DNA from: Pseudomonadota bacterium
Lineage (GTDB): Bacteria > SZUA-182 > DTGQ01
DNA: 64,000 bases
Direction of reading: 5' to 3'
NCBI GenBank assembly: GCA_030625085.1
Contig: DAOURK010000008.1
Span: forward strand, 2,024 to 66,023
Shown here piece after piece: positions 1-9,482 of this stretch (within the stretch, counting starts at the first letter, position 1; each line of letters opens with the position of its first letter). The notes beneath the pieces were generated by a model. It ran no database searches. It was given only the letters and a program-made list of their open reading frames with translations, and was not told the DNA's origin. The translations under genes and the position numbers were made by a program.

Positions 1-339
1 GATTTACTAAGCAGCTTTGTTTTTTCTGCTACTAATTTTTTCAGATTTTTACTGTTTTATCAGCCTTTTTTTCTATCTGTATGTTTTTTCTTTGTTTTTT
101 GATCGAAGGTCTGACTTTCGATAAAATCTTTGAAAAAAATTAATTCTGAAAACCCTCTCCTCCCTTGATATACTTGCAGATTATTTCCATGCCTTATAGC
201 TGATTTTTTATTGCCTTTTTGCTCAAATTGTGTTATTAAATAAATAACCCCGGCATAAAAGACATAAAGAAATAAAAAAACATCTCTTATTTTGTTTCTT
301 ATAATTTTTCAGATATTAAATTTTAGAACTAATTTTTTT

Positions 340-379
340 ATAACTGTATCGCAGGGCTAAGGCCCCGCGATACAGTTAT
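340..379. repeat. REP-like palindrome, related to 19450-19477
   Basis: ATAACTGTATCGC-AGGGCTAAGGCCCC-GCGATACAGTTAT: perfect 13-bp outer arms; core resembles GTAGCGCAGGGCTGAAGCCCTGCGCTAC at 19450. Confidence 0.7.
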
Positions 380-488
380 CTGAATATAGATTGAGAAATT
401 ATTTTTCTGGAAATGTTTAGTTTGAACATATCGATTTATAAAAAAGATTAAATCCGGTCAACATTCAAAAGAAGAGGAGTATGAACCT

Positions 489-1667
489 ATGCCAGATAAA
501 AGACTCCCGCAATTCGTTTTCCTGTTTACCATTTTTTGTTCCATGCTGTTGGTTAATTTTGCGTGGGACCCCGTATTGGTCAGAGCTGCAGATCAGGAAA
601 ATTGTATGCTTTGCCATCGTTATTCCGGTCTGGGCTGTTTTGACAAAGATACAGGCGCGAAAAAAATCTTTTATGTGAATGAAGCGCTTTACTCTAATAC
701 TGTTCATAACAATGTTCTTTGCACCCACTGTCATTTGAATCTGAAAGAGGTGCCGCATAAACCGGCCAAAAAAGTTGATTGTGGAACAAAATGTCATGTA
801 AAGGATCCTTCTACCAATAAGGATTTTTCCCATAAAATAGTGGTAGATGAATTCAGAAAAAGCGTGCATGGCGAATCTGCCCTTTTTACCTATAAAGACA
901 AGCAGCCTCGATGTAAATATTGCCACACCAATCCTCTTTACTCACCCCTGCGAGGAATTATGGCCGAAAAGCCGGGTTGCGAATCAGAGGCGCTTGCCAG
1001 GTGTTTAGCCTGTCATGAAAAAAGTCCGTGGACGAAAAGATTTTTAAAACATTTTGTTTCCCGGACATCCTCACGTTGGAATAATAAACAGATGGTGGAC
1101 CTTTGTAATAATTGCCATGCGGATGAGGAATTTATGCACAGTTTTGGGCTTGAAACCACTGCTAATTTCAAGAGTACGTTTCATTACCGGAATGTGAAAT
1201 ATGAAAGTGAAAATGCCGCTAATTGCTTAAGCTGCCATGGGCCAAGTCAACCTATTGAGATTGAAGAGGGAAAACCTGTGCAATTTTCCGCTCATTCGAT
1301 TAAGTCTGCCGATAATCCGAAATCTTCGCTTTTCAAAGAACACCGGGCCCTTACGTGCGGACAGTTAGGGTGCCATGAAGGCGCCAATAGGTTTTTTGCC
1401 TCAGGTGCGGTACACGGTACGGGGACAAAACCAACCTTACTGCGTAAACGGTTAGTAGCAGAGGCCGAAGAATTAACCCAGGAAGAAAAGGAAGAGATTA
1501 AGGCTGACATTAAAAAGGCCAAGATGGATAAACTCCAATTAACCATAATTTGGGGCATTAAGGCCTTTTATAAATTAATGATTATCCTCGTTGGAGGGTT
1601 TATGTTTGTTCATCAAATGCTGGACTTGAGAATAACCTTGAAAGAGAGAAGAGAGGGGAGACATTAA
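489..1667 (+). CDS. Membrane-anchored multiheme cytochrome c (8 motifs), CbcA-like
   Basis: Signal peptide; 6 CxxCH plus CGTKCH and CGQLGCH; C-terminal hydrophobic helix; GAGGAG RBS; directly upstream of a cytochrome b gene. Confidence 0.85.
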   Translation: MPDKRLPQFVFLFTIFCSMLLVNFAWDPVLVRAADQENCMLCHRYSGLGCFDKDTGAKKIFYVNEALYSNTVHNNVLCTHCHLNLKEVPHKPAKKVDCGTKCHVKDPSTNKDFSHKIVVDEFRKSVHGESALFTYKDKQPRCKYCHTNPLYSPLRGIMAEKPGCESEALARCLACHEKSPWTKRFLKHFVSRTSSRWNNKQMVDLCNNCHADEEFMHSFGLETTANFKSTFHYRNVKYESENAANCLSCHGPSQPIEIEEGKPVQFSAHSIKSADNPKSSLFKEHRALTCGQLGCHEGANRFFASGAVHGTGTKPTLLRKRLVAEAEELTQEEKEEIKADIKKAKMDKLQLTIIWGIKAFYKLMIILVGGFMFVHQMLDLRITLKERREGRH

Positions 1668-1668
1668 T

Positions 1669-2454
1669 ATGGCCAGGAAATGGGGAAGAAGGTCAGAAGA
1701 TCAACAATACTTCGCTCGACTGTCGCGAGCTGAAGTATGGCAGCATAATATTGTTTGGATATCCTTTGTTTTATTGGTAGCTACGGGAATGATGTCTTTA
1801 ATACCAACCGATTGGGTAACGACCATGTTTGGCAGTTATACCACCCAAGTTTACTATTACCGTCGTATTGCTCATCTCGTCTTAGCGGTGCTTTTGATTG
1901 CCGGTTCTATATGGCATCTAGCTTATGGTGCATTGACGGAAGCCGGAAGACAGATGCTCAAGGATATGATTCCTACTTATACGGACGCCATTCAAATGAA
2001 GCAAAATATACAGTATATGCTCGGAATGTCGGATTTTAAACCTAAATTTGATCGTTTTGATTATCGGGAAAAAATGGAGTATATTTTTGGGCTAATCGGC
2101 ACCACGGTTATTGTTTTGACCGGCATTGTCATGACCTTTGCTCCCTATTTCCCTAAATTCATGGTTGATGTTTGCGGTACCTTCCATTTATGTGAGGCTA
2201 CCCTGGCCAGTATTACTATCGCAATCTGGCATTTCTACGCCATACATTGGAAACCGGGGCAATTCCCCCAGGACACTTCATGGCTTGACGGAATGGTAAC
2301 CATGGATCATTTGAAACATGAACACCCGCTGCAATGGGAGCGAGTAATGAGAGAAAGAGAAACGGCAAAAAAAAGAAGTGATGATTTTTCTTTTTTGGAT
2401 ACTCCCTCAACGAAAAGGCAATTTAATAACCTGCCGGAAATGGAGGAGGAATAA
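1669..2454 (+). CDS. Cytochrome b subunit (FdnI/CbcB-like), 4 TM
   Basis: Four hydrophobic helices with His at WQH, IAH, TFH, IWH; FDRFDYREKMEY motif typical of formate dehydrogenase gamma-like cytochrome b. Confidence 0.88.
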   Translation: MARKWGRRSEDQQYFARLSRAEVWQHNIVWISFVLLVATGMMSLIPTDWVTTMFGSYTTQVYYYRRIAHLVLAVLLIAGSIWHLAYGALTEAGRQMLKDMIPTYTDAIQMKQNIQYMLGMSDFKPKFDRFDYREKMEYIFGLIGTTVIVLTGIVMTFAPYFPKFMVDVCGTFHLCEATLASITIAIWHFYAIHWKPGQFPQDTSWLDGMVTMDHLKHEHPLQWERVMRERETAKKRSDDFSFLDTPSTKRQFNNLPEMEEE

Positions 2455-2457
2455 TCA

Positions 2458-3369
2458 ATGAAAAGCGGTCGTGGAAGTCTTGCTAAATTAATCAGTGTTC
2501 TATCAGCCATATTATTGGTGATTTGTTTGTTAATGATGGTAAAAGTTTTCTATTTTCCGAAAAAAGGGATCCATCACGGGCCACCCGGCATTGAGTTTGA
2601 AGAGACACAACAGGGAGAGTTGCCGAGAGTTATTGATACAAAGCCCATTGGAGTTGAGGTATTTGATAAGATCTTAAAAGAGAAGGCCTTTTCTCAAATG
2701 GAACATTTCCATAATGTGGACGATAGTCTTGATATCAAAAAACGGGTCCCTTCCCTCTGTTTAATTTGCCACGGGAGTTACCCTCACATTAAAGATAAGG
2801 AAGTTCGATCGCTCTATAATATGCACACCTTCTTTTGCGCCTGTGAAACGTGCCATACAAAGGCTACCAATGTTACTTATCTATGGTTTGATAATTATAC
2901 AGGCGAGAAAATCCCGGAGATCAAAGATCGTGTTCCGGACGGCGTTTATGCCGGCAATTATGGGGCCAAAATTGTTCCTTGTCTACCTAATAAAATTGGT
3001 AAATTCCAAAGACTTGATCAGCCTATTACTCAAGAATCTGCCCAAGAATATTTAAAATTATGGGCTCAATATAACTATGATCAGCAGTCAAAGGCCAAAG
3101 CTGAGGTGCATAAGCGATTGACTGACAAACCGGTTACCTGCTCTGAGTGCCATCGGAGGAAAGATCCCGTTTTGGATTTTAAGGCCCTGGGATATCCAAA
3201 GCACCTGTGTGATGAATTTACTGGAACTGAGGTAGCCGGTATGGTTGGTAAATATAAATCTTTATATCTGCCTACAATGTTTCGACCTGAAAATATTATC
3301 GACGGCAAAAGAACTTTAAAAGACGGTAAAATGCCTCTTCCCCTAACGGGCCAGGAAGGTATATTTTAA
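2458..3369 (+). CDS. Membrane-anchored triheme cytochrome c
   Basis: N-terminal TM helix; CLICH, CETCH, CSECH; GGAGGAGG RBS. Confidence 0.85.
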   Translation: MKSGRGSLAKLISVLSAILLVICLLMMVKVFYFPKKGIHHGPPGIEFEETQQGELPRVIDTKPIGVEVFDKILKEKAFSQMEHFHNVDDSLDIKKRVPSLCLICHGSYPHIKDKEVRSLYNMHTFFCACETCHTKATNVTYLWFDNYTGEKIPEIKDRVPDGVYAGNYGAKIVPCLPNKIGKFQRLDQPITQESAQEYLKLWAQYNYDQQSKAKAEVHKRLTDKPVTCSECHRRKDPVLDFKALGYPKHLCDEFTGTEVAGMVGKYKSLYLPTMFRPENIIDGKRTLKDGKMPLPLTGQEGIF

Positions 3370-3426
3370 TAAAACTTTTATGCCGATCATTCTTATTCCC
3401 GGCATCTTTCATCACAGACAAAAAGT

Positions 3427-3451
3427 AATTGACATTTTTTGACTGTCAATT
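3427..3451. promoter_or_regulatory. Palindrome AATTGACA-N9-TGTCAATT, possible operator or -35 element
   Basis: Perfect 8-bp inverted repeat containing TTGACA in the intergenic gap before the NHL gene. Confidence 0.35.
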
Positions 3452-3533
3452 CAAGGAATAAATAGCTGTCATTTTAGGGAATAAATAACATAAAAAGTAA
3501 ATTCCCACCACCTTCCCTCAAGGAGAAAAAAAA

Positions 3534-4661
3534 TTGCTGCGCTTGCCGCTCCGGCCGCCTCCGCCCTTATCCGGAAAACTTGGGACCGGAAAAATAGAAA
3601 TAATTGGAGTAAGAAAAAGTAAATGGTTACTCATTATAGGTCTTGTTGTATGTCGGCTCTTTATTTTTTTATTATTTTCTATAGGAAAAGTAAAACCGGC
3701 GGCGGCGGAGATTATTTCCGTCAAGCATCTCTTTGATATAGAAAAAAATGCTGTTGCCCCTCCCCTTAACCAACCAAGTGCAGTAGCCGTCGATCCCCAA
3801 AAAAGAATCTGGGTCCTCGATGGTGTCAACAGCCGGCTGGTAGGATTTTCATCTAAAGGAAAATATTTGACTCAATTTGGCCAAAAAGGAAGCGACCCTG
3901 GAGAATTTAAATCTCCATTGGGATTGACGATTGACTCTGAGGGGTTGTTGTATGTGGCCGATTCCAAGAATCATCGGATTCAAATTTTAGATGAAGCCGG
4001 TGGTTTTCTATCAGAATTGTATATTTCACCGGATAAATACGGCTGCTTGGCCGATCCGACGGATATTGTTTTAGACAAAGGTAAGCAGCGAGTTATCATA
4101 GTGGATAATGATAATCATCGTTTATTAATTTACAGATGGAAGTACAAATTAAGCGATCAGAAGCCGGTTGTTAGTGATGAAAAAAAGGCGGAGACTGCAC
4201 CTGAAAAAGAGGCTAATGCTCAGGCTATGGAATTAATAAGTGAGATAGGCGGTGTCGGGTATGAAGAGGGAAATTTTCGGTATCCTTATTCTGCTTGTAT
4301 AGATACTGCCGGCAATATCTATGTTACTGATGTGATCAACACCAGAGTTCAAGTATTCAACCCGCAAGGTGAGTTCATACGAAGCATAGGCGAATGGGGT
4401 ATTGAAAAAGGACAATTTTTCAGACCCCAATCTATTTGTATTGATCGGCAGGGAAGAGTTTTTGTTGGCGAAAACTATGATAAAATCGGCTTAATTCAGG
4501 TTTTTGACCAACAGGGCAATTTATTAGGCATAATTGGAGATGCCCAGAAACAAAAAATTCGTTTTCGGGTCCCAACCGATTTGTACATTGATCAACAAAA
4601 TCGATTGTATGTTGTTCAGATGTATACCAGTGTTATAAGTGTTTATTCTTTTATTGATTAA
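3534..4661 (+). CDS. NHL-repeat six-bladed beta-propeller protein
   Basis: Repeated F..P.gl.iD..G.lYVaD..N.RIQ motifs; N-terminal hydrophobic segment; TTG start with AGGAG upstream (start uncertain). Confidence 0.88.
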   Translation: MLRLPLRPPPPLSGKLGTGKIEIIGVRKSKWLLIIGLVVCRLFIFLLFSIGKVKPAAAEIISVKHLFDIEKNAVAPPLNQPSAVAVDPQKRIWVLDGVNSRLVGFSSKGKYLTQFGQKGSDPGEFKSPLGLTIDSEGLLYVADSKNHRIQILDEAGGFLSELYISPDKYGCLADPTDIVLDKGKQRVIIVDNDNHRLLIYRWKYKLSDQKPVVSDEKKAETAPEKEANAQAMELISEIGGVGYEEGNFRYPYSACIDTAGNIYVTDVINTRVQVFNPQGEFIRSIGEWGIEKGQFFRPQSICIDRQGRVFVGENYDKIGLIQVFDQQGNLLGIIGDAQKQKIRFRVPTDLYIDQQNRLYVVQMYTSVISVYSFID

Positions 4662-4685
4662 TAAAGAATTTCATAAACTTGACTG

Positions 4686-7600
4686 ATGTTTAATCAAAAT
4701 TCTCACTATACTATCCTCCCCGGTTTTTTCAGAAAGTCTTCTCATAGTCAATTTACCCGCGGTCTGTATCTTTTCTGTTTATGGCTGATGGTAAATTTGG
4801 CCTGTTTTGTTTACCCGGTTCATGGACAAATGGTGCCGAACTCGGCTAAAGAATGCGCCATTTGTCACTTTCGGTGGTTGGATCAATTTTATCATGAGGG
4901 TCGAGGCACGGATCTGGTAAAGTACCAGGAAGAACGAGTAGCCGCCAGTGAAATGATTTGCTATAGCTGTCATAATGGTATTTTGGTTGACTCTCGCGAT
5001 CGATTTTGGGCTAAACGTGGGCACCGGGTGAATATGAAACCTTCGGACAAGATAAAGATTGATAAGGATATGCCCCTGGGAGAAGAGGGAGAGGTTACCT
5101 GTGCCACCTGCCACACTGCCCATGGTGTTTCCGACGAATTGCGCTATCAGCAAACGATTCATCTTCGATTTCCGAACCGGAATTCGGAAATTTGTATTCG
5201 ATGTCACTTTACCAAAACCGGCGGGCCGCCGGGAGGAAATCATCCCCTGGGAGTCAGCTCAATCCCTATTCCGACCAAAATCCTGGAAAATTACGGTCGA
5301 GCAGGTGTAAAAAAGGATGCCGTTATTTGCGAAACCTGCCATACTGTACATGGAACTATGGATAAAAACCTTTTGGTAATTCCGAATAAAATTGGGGAAA
5401 AATACACCGCCTTTTTATGTGAATCCTGTCATACGGCTAATCCCAGTCTGAGGGGCAAAGGCATAGGCAAGGGAACGCATCCTGTTAATAAAGTATCTAA
5501 GTTAAAAATGCCGTCTAAGTGGACTGACGGTTCTTCAATTATCACCGGGGCATATGGTCAAATCATTTGTTTAACCTGTCATTCACCTCATGAGGCCCAA
5601 AAAGAAACCTCTATTTTGGTGAAAGGGTCCAAATCGCCTCTTTGTATTGAATGTCACCAGCAGGAAAAAAACATTGCCGGAACAGAACATGATCTTACTT
5701 TATCCGCACCGGCTGAGATCGATTTAACTTCCAAAGTGGGCTCCCAAACAGGAATTTGCAGCGCCTGCCACAGACCGCACAATGCCGAAAAATATCGCCT
5801 GTGGTCGCGTTCTTTAGCCGGCCTTAAGGGAGACGCCGGCTCCCGGATGTGTGAGAGTTGCCACCATGTCAAGTCTTGCGCCAAAAAAAAATTGACCGGC
5901 GCCTTTAGCCATCCTGTGAATCGAGATATGTCCAAGGTTACAAGAAAAAAACAATTCCCTGCTTATGATGGAGAAGCCCGCCCTGCTGATCAAGGGAATA
6001 TCATGTGCGCTACCTGCCATAATCCCCACCAATGGGACCCTGAAAAAAATCAGTATGGATCAGGCCAGATGATTGAAGGCAACCGCTCAAATAGTTTTTT
6101 AAGAATGCCTAATAACAAGGATTCCGGTTTTTGTCTTGCCTGCCATCAGAGTAAAAACATGTTGATAAAAACAGATCATGATTTGCGGATTACAGCTAAG
6201 GAGGAACTCAATTCATTGGGGCAACTATGCACTCAATTCGGACCTTGCAGCGCCTGCCACGTGGTGCATAATGCTCAAGGAAACAAGCTGTGGGCTCGCT
6301 TGCTGCCTCAGGCCGATGATCCCATATCCGCCCTTTGCCAAAGTTGCCACCGGCAAGAAAGTTGCGCTCAGAAAAAATTGGTCGGCGCTTATACCCATCC
6401 AGTCCAAGCTGATATTCAATCGGCAGGAAATAAGACTTCACTCCCCTTATTCAATAAAAAAGGTGATATTAAAGCCCAAGCTAAATTGGTCACTTGTTCA
6501 ACCTGCCATAATGTCCATCAGTGGCGACCGGATCAAAAAGGTTTTGGTTCAGGCAAAAATGTAGAGGGAGAGGGGAAGGATAGTTTCTTAAGGATTGTCA
6601 ATGATGATAAATCCAGCCTCTGCCTTGATTGCCATAAAAACAAACAGTATATTGCTCAAACCGATCATGATTTGCGGTTCATGGCTCCCAAAGAAAAAAA
6701 TATTTTAGATACCGTACCGCAAAAAAGCGGCCTTTGCGGTTCCTGTCATCTGGCACATAATGGTGCGTCGATTTTTATGTTTGCCAAAAACTTGAATAAC
6801 CAAGGAGATTTAGCCAATCAATTATGTGCTTCCTGCCATAGAGAAAAGGGATGTGCTGAAAAAAAGGTAATCACCAATCATACTCATCCCCTGGATAAAG
6901 GGATTAAATCGGCAGACGAGTCTACCGGTCTTCCTCTTTACATGCCGGATGCTTCTAAACAGCCGGAAGGTAAGGTAGCTTGCCCCACCTGCCATAATGT
7001 GCATCAGTGGTCATCAACCGAATCGGCTTCCGGAACCGGAAAAAACAGGGAAGGGACGGCCGACAATAGTTTCCTTCGGCTCTCCATGTTGCCCAATCCA
7101 TCTCTTTGTGAAGATTGCCATCAAAAGGAATGTAGAATTGTTTACACCGATCATGATATGCGCATGGTGGCCGAAGGCGAAAAAAATATTCGAAATCAAA
7201 CTGTCCAAGAATCAGGGGTTTGCTCAGCCTGTCATTTGGTTCACAATGCCCCGGAGGATAATATGTGGGCGCGAGAGCTTCCTTACCTGGCCCAAAGCTT
7301 GATTACCCGGGAATGCTGCAGTTGCCATAGTGAGGGAAAGGCAGCTAAAGAAAAAATTATCGCCGGTTTTTCCCACCCGGTGGATATTCCTCCTGCCGAA
7401 AGGGAAATCACTACCGGCTTGCCCCTTTATACCATGGCCGGGGAGGTGGGAAAGTCGGCTAATGACCTTATGACTTGCACTACTTGCCATAATCCGCATC
7501 AATGGTCACCCGGGTATAAAGAAGATGAGACACCAACAAAAACAGTTACCCGGGGACAAAAGAAAAGGATTTTCAAGAAAAATCTTGAGGGAGATATTTA

Positions 7601-8267
7601 TAACAGTTTTTTAAGGCTGACGGAAGAAAAAAAGAAAAATCTGTGTACGGACTGTCATCAGGATAAACAGCATATTTGTCTGAGTGAACATGACCTGCAG
7701 TTGCTGGCTGCTGATAAGCCAAATTTACAAGGACGAACAGTAAAACAATCAGGTGTTTGCTCTGCATGTCATCTTGTGCATAACAGTCCCTATAAAACAA
7801 TTAGTTGGGCTCGGCAACTGCCGCCGGGAAAAGATTTTATGCTGACCACCTGTCTTTCATGCCATGAAAAAGACAAATGCGCTGAGAAAAAAATTGCCTT
7901 TATCGGTCTTCATCCCAGATCCTTCGTTTATACCGGCAAAATTACCCAGTTCCGAAGAATGGGGAATGTTGACTATCAAAGTTATTTTCCATTATATAAT
8001 AACAGTGGGGCAAAATCGCCAATCGGGTATGTAACTTGTCCTACATGCCACAATGTTCATCAGTGGGACCCTCAATCGAAGGTATACCCGGAGGGGAGAA
8101 AGAATATTGAAGGGGACCCCCGCAATAGTTTCTTGCGCAATAGCGGGGCCCAATTCTCTATTTGTCTTGATTGCCATGGTTTTGAAGCCATTCTCAGATA
8201 TAAAAATTATCATGTTCCTTCAGAATGGCAGCAAAAATATTGGCGGCCGGGCCAGAAAATAAAATAG
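4686..8267 (+). CDS. Large 28-heme cytochrome c with five tandem tetraheme modules
   Basis: 28 CxxCH counted; repeating HDL...CSACH..HN...WAR...CxxCH...HP...CxTCHN.HQW...SFLR...CxxCH units; signal peptide. Confidence 0.92.
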   Translation: MFNQNSHYTILPGFFRKSSHSQFTRGLYLFCLWLMVNLACFVYPVHGQMVPNSAKECAICHFRWLDQFYHEGRGTDLVKYQEERVAASEMICYSCHNGILVDSRDRFWAKRGHRVNMKPSDKIKIDKDMPLGEEGEVTCATCHTAHGVSDELRYQQTIHLRFPNRNSEICIRCHFTKTGGPPGGNHPLGVSSIPIPTKILENYGRAGVKKDAVICETCHTVHGTMDKNLLVIPNKIGEKYTAFLCESCHTANPSLRGKGIGKGTHPVNKVSKLKMPSKWTDGSSIITGAYGQIICLTCHSPHEAQKETSILVKGSKSPLCIECHQQEKNIAGTEHDLTLSAPAEIDLTSKVGSQTGICSACHRPHNAEKYRLWSRSLAGLKGDAGSRMCESCHHVKSCAKKKLTGAFSHPVNRDMSKVTRKKQFPAYDGEARPADQGNIMCATCHNPHQWDPEKNQYGSGQMIEGNRSNSFLRMPNNKDSGFCLACHQSKNMLIKTDHDLRITAKEELNSLGQLCTQFGPCSACHVVHNAQGNKLWARLLPQADDPISALCQSCHRQESCAQKKLVGAYTHPVQADIQSAGNKTSLPLFNKKGDIKAQAKLVTCSTCHNVHQWRPDQKGFGSGKNVEGEGKDSFLRIVNDDKSSLCLDCHKNKQYIAQTDHDLRFMAPKEKNILDTVPQKSGLCGSCHLAHNGASIFMFAKNLNNQGDLANQLCASCHREKGCAEKKVITNHTHPLDKGIKSADESTGLPLYMPDASKQPEGKVACPTCHNVHQWSSTESASGTGKNREGTADNSFLRLSMLPNPSLCEDCHQKECRIVYTDHDMRMVAEGEKNIRNQTVQESGVCSACHLVHNAPEDNMWARELPYLAQSLITRECCSCHSEGKAAKEKIIAGFSHPVDIPPAEREITTGLPLYTMAGEVGKSANDLMTCTTCHNPHQWSPGYKEDETPTKTVTRGQKKRIFKKNLEGDIYNSFLRLTEEKKKNLCTDCHQDKQHICLSEHDLQLLAADKPNLQGRTVKQSGVCSACHLVHNSPYKTISWARQLPPGKDFMLTTCLSCHEKDKCAEKKIAFIGLHPRSFVYTGKITQFRRMGNVDYQSYFPLYNNSGAKSPIGYVTCPTCHNVHQWDPQSKVYPEGRKNIEGDPRNSFLRNSGAQFSICLDCHGFEAILRYKNYHVPSEWQQKYWRPGQKIK

Positions 8268-8318
8268 AAAACAAAAGACGTCGGTTTAAGGGGCTTGAAT
8301 TAGCGCTTATTTACAGCT

Positions 8319-9194
8319 CTAATCAATAACATGGCAGTATAAGCATTTATTTTTCATAAGCTTACCATTTGGGTCAATCTGGATATGGGGATTAACCGCC
8401 CGGTACTTGTCTTCAGAATGACATAAGAGACAGGCATCAACTCTCTTTTCATAGGGACCGCCCCGTAAAAAATTTGTCTCAATCCTCCCCAATCCTTTGC
8501 AGGGCATATAATGGCAAGTAAGACAGGTTAACTTTCCATTATGTAAAGGAAATCCATCCGGCATGATCATCCCTTTCTCCTTGGACGGACTAATACCAAT
8601 CGGATGATTGTCCGCCCTGGCCTTTTTCCCGTCATGGCATTGAATGCATACGCCTATCCGATCTCCCTGAAATTTTAGTTGCAGATTGTCGCCGGATAAA
8701 CCAATTGCGGTCTCATGGCAGAGTTGACAAAAAACGCCGGCTTTATGCGGATCAATTTTTTGGACCCTGGACCAAAAATTTGAATAATACTTATTAAGTC
8801 TTTTCTCATTTGTCGGCCGACCTGCCGGTTGATGAAAAACATGACAACTTCTACAGGAAATAACCTCTGAAAAAAGAGCAATCCCTAAATAGTTTAATTG
8901 AGATTTGAGAATCTGAGTTGCTTCTTTAGTTGTTATCAAACGACAACTCTCCGGAATGGCGTGGCAACTAATACATTGGGCCTGAAACTTTTCCGAATGA
9001 ATAGTCTCCTGCGCTTGTAAAGAAACTAAAGGATCAGAGGAATGGCAATCTTTACATTTTCCCTGAAATAATTGATTATTTTTTTGATGAGGGTTTTTGG
9101 TTTCAATACTACCGACAGAACAAACTACTATTATATAACTAATAAATAATACTATTAACGAAAATGTGGCAATTTTTATATGATTATATCTCAA
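8319..9194 (-). CDS. Octaheme cytochrome c, C-terminally shorter paralog of 9483-11189
   Basis: 8 CxxCH; shares GVFCxLCHE, ARADNHP, GKLTCxTCH and FLRGGPY with the neighbour; stops 3 residues after the 8th motif. Confidence 0.82.
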   Translation of the reverse strand: MRYNHIKIATFSLIVLFISYIIVVCSVGSIETKNPHQKNNQLFQGKCKDCHSSDPLVSLQAQETIHSEKFQAQCISCHAIPESCRLITTKEATQILKSQLNYLGIALFSEVISCRSCHVFHQPAGRPTNEKRLNKYYSNFWSRVQKIDPHKAGVFCQLCHETAIGLSGDNLQLKFQGDRIGVCIQCHDGKKARADNHPIGISPSKEKGMIMPDGFPLHNGKLTCLTCHYMPCKGLGRIETNFLRGGPYEKRVDACLLCHSEDKYRAVNPHIQIDPNGKLMKNKCLYCHVID

Positions 9195-9244
9195 CCTTAA
9201 ATTTTATCTCCCATTAACCCTACAACGTCACTTAGCATTTAAGA

Positions 9245-9325
9245 TGTCATTTCGAGGAGAGAAGCAACGAGAAATCTTATTATAAAACAGATGGTTAAAG
9301 ATTTCTCCCTTCGATCGAAATGACA
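9245..9325. repeat. Palindromic TGTCATTTCGA...TCGAAATGACA element (MITE/REP-like)
   Basis: TGTCATTTCGA and GAGAAATCTT arms pair with AAGATTTCTC and TCGAAATGACA; half copy at 34163. Confidence 0.7.
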
Positions 9326-9482
9326 AGTATCGTTGTAAGGTTCAATATAAATATAAAATTCAGAATGTAAAACTTATTTGTAAATAAAATCTTCATGCCT
9401 CTTCGAGGCACTACAAATTATAAAAATGTTATTTCTCAAAGCGTTATATGGTTATTTTCGAAACAAAATAAACAAAAAAATG

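Noticed and set aside
8307..8321. Possible TAG readthrough extending the octaheme cytochrome
   Set aside because: An in-frame TAA follows four codons later and similarity to the paralog does not continue
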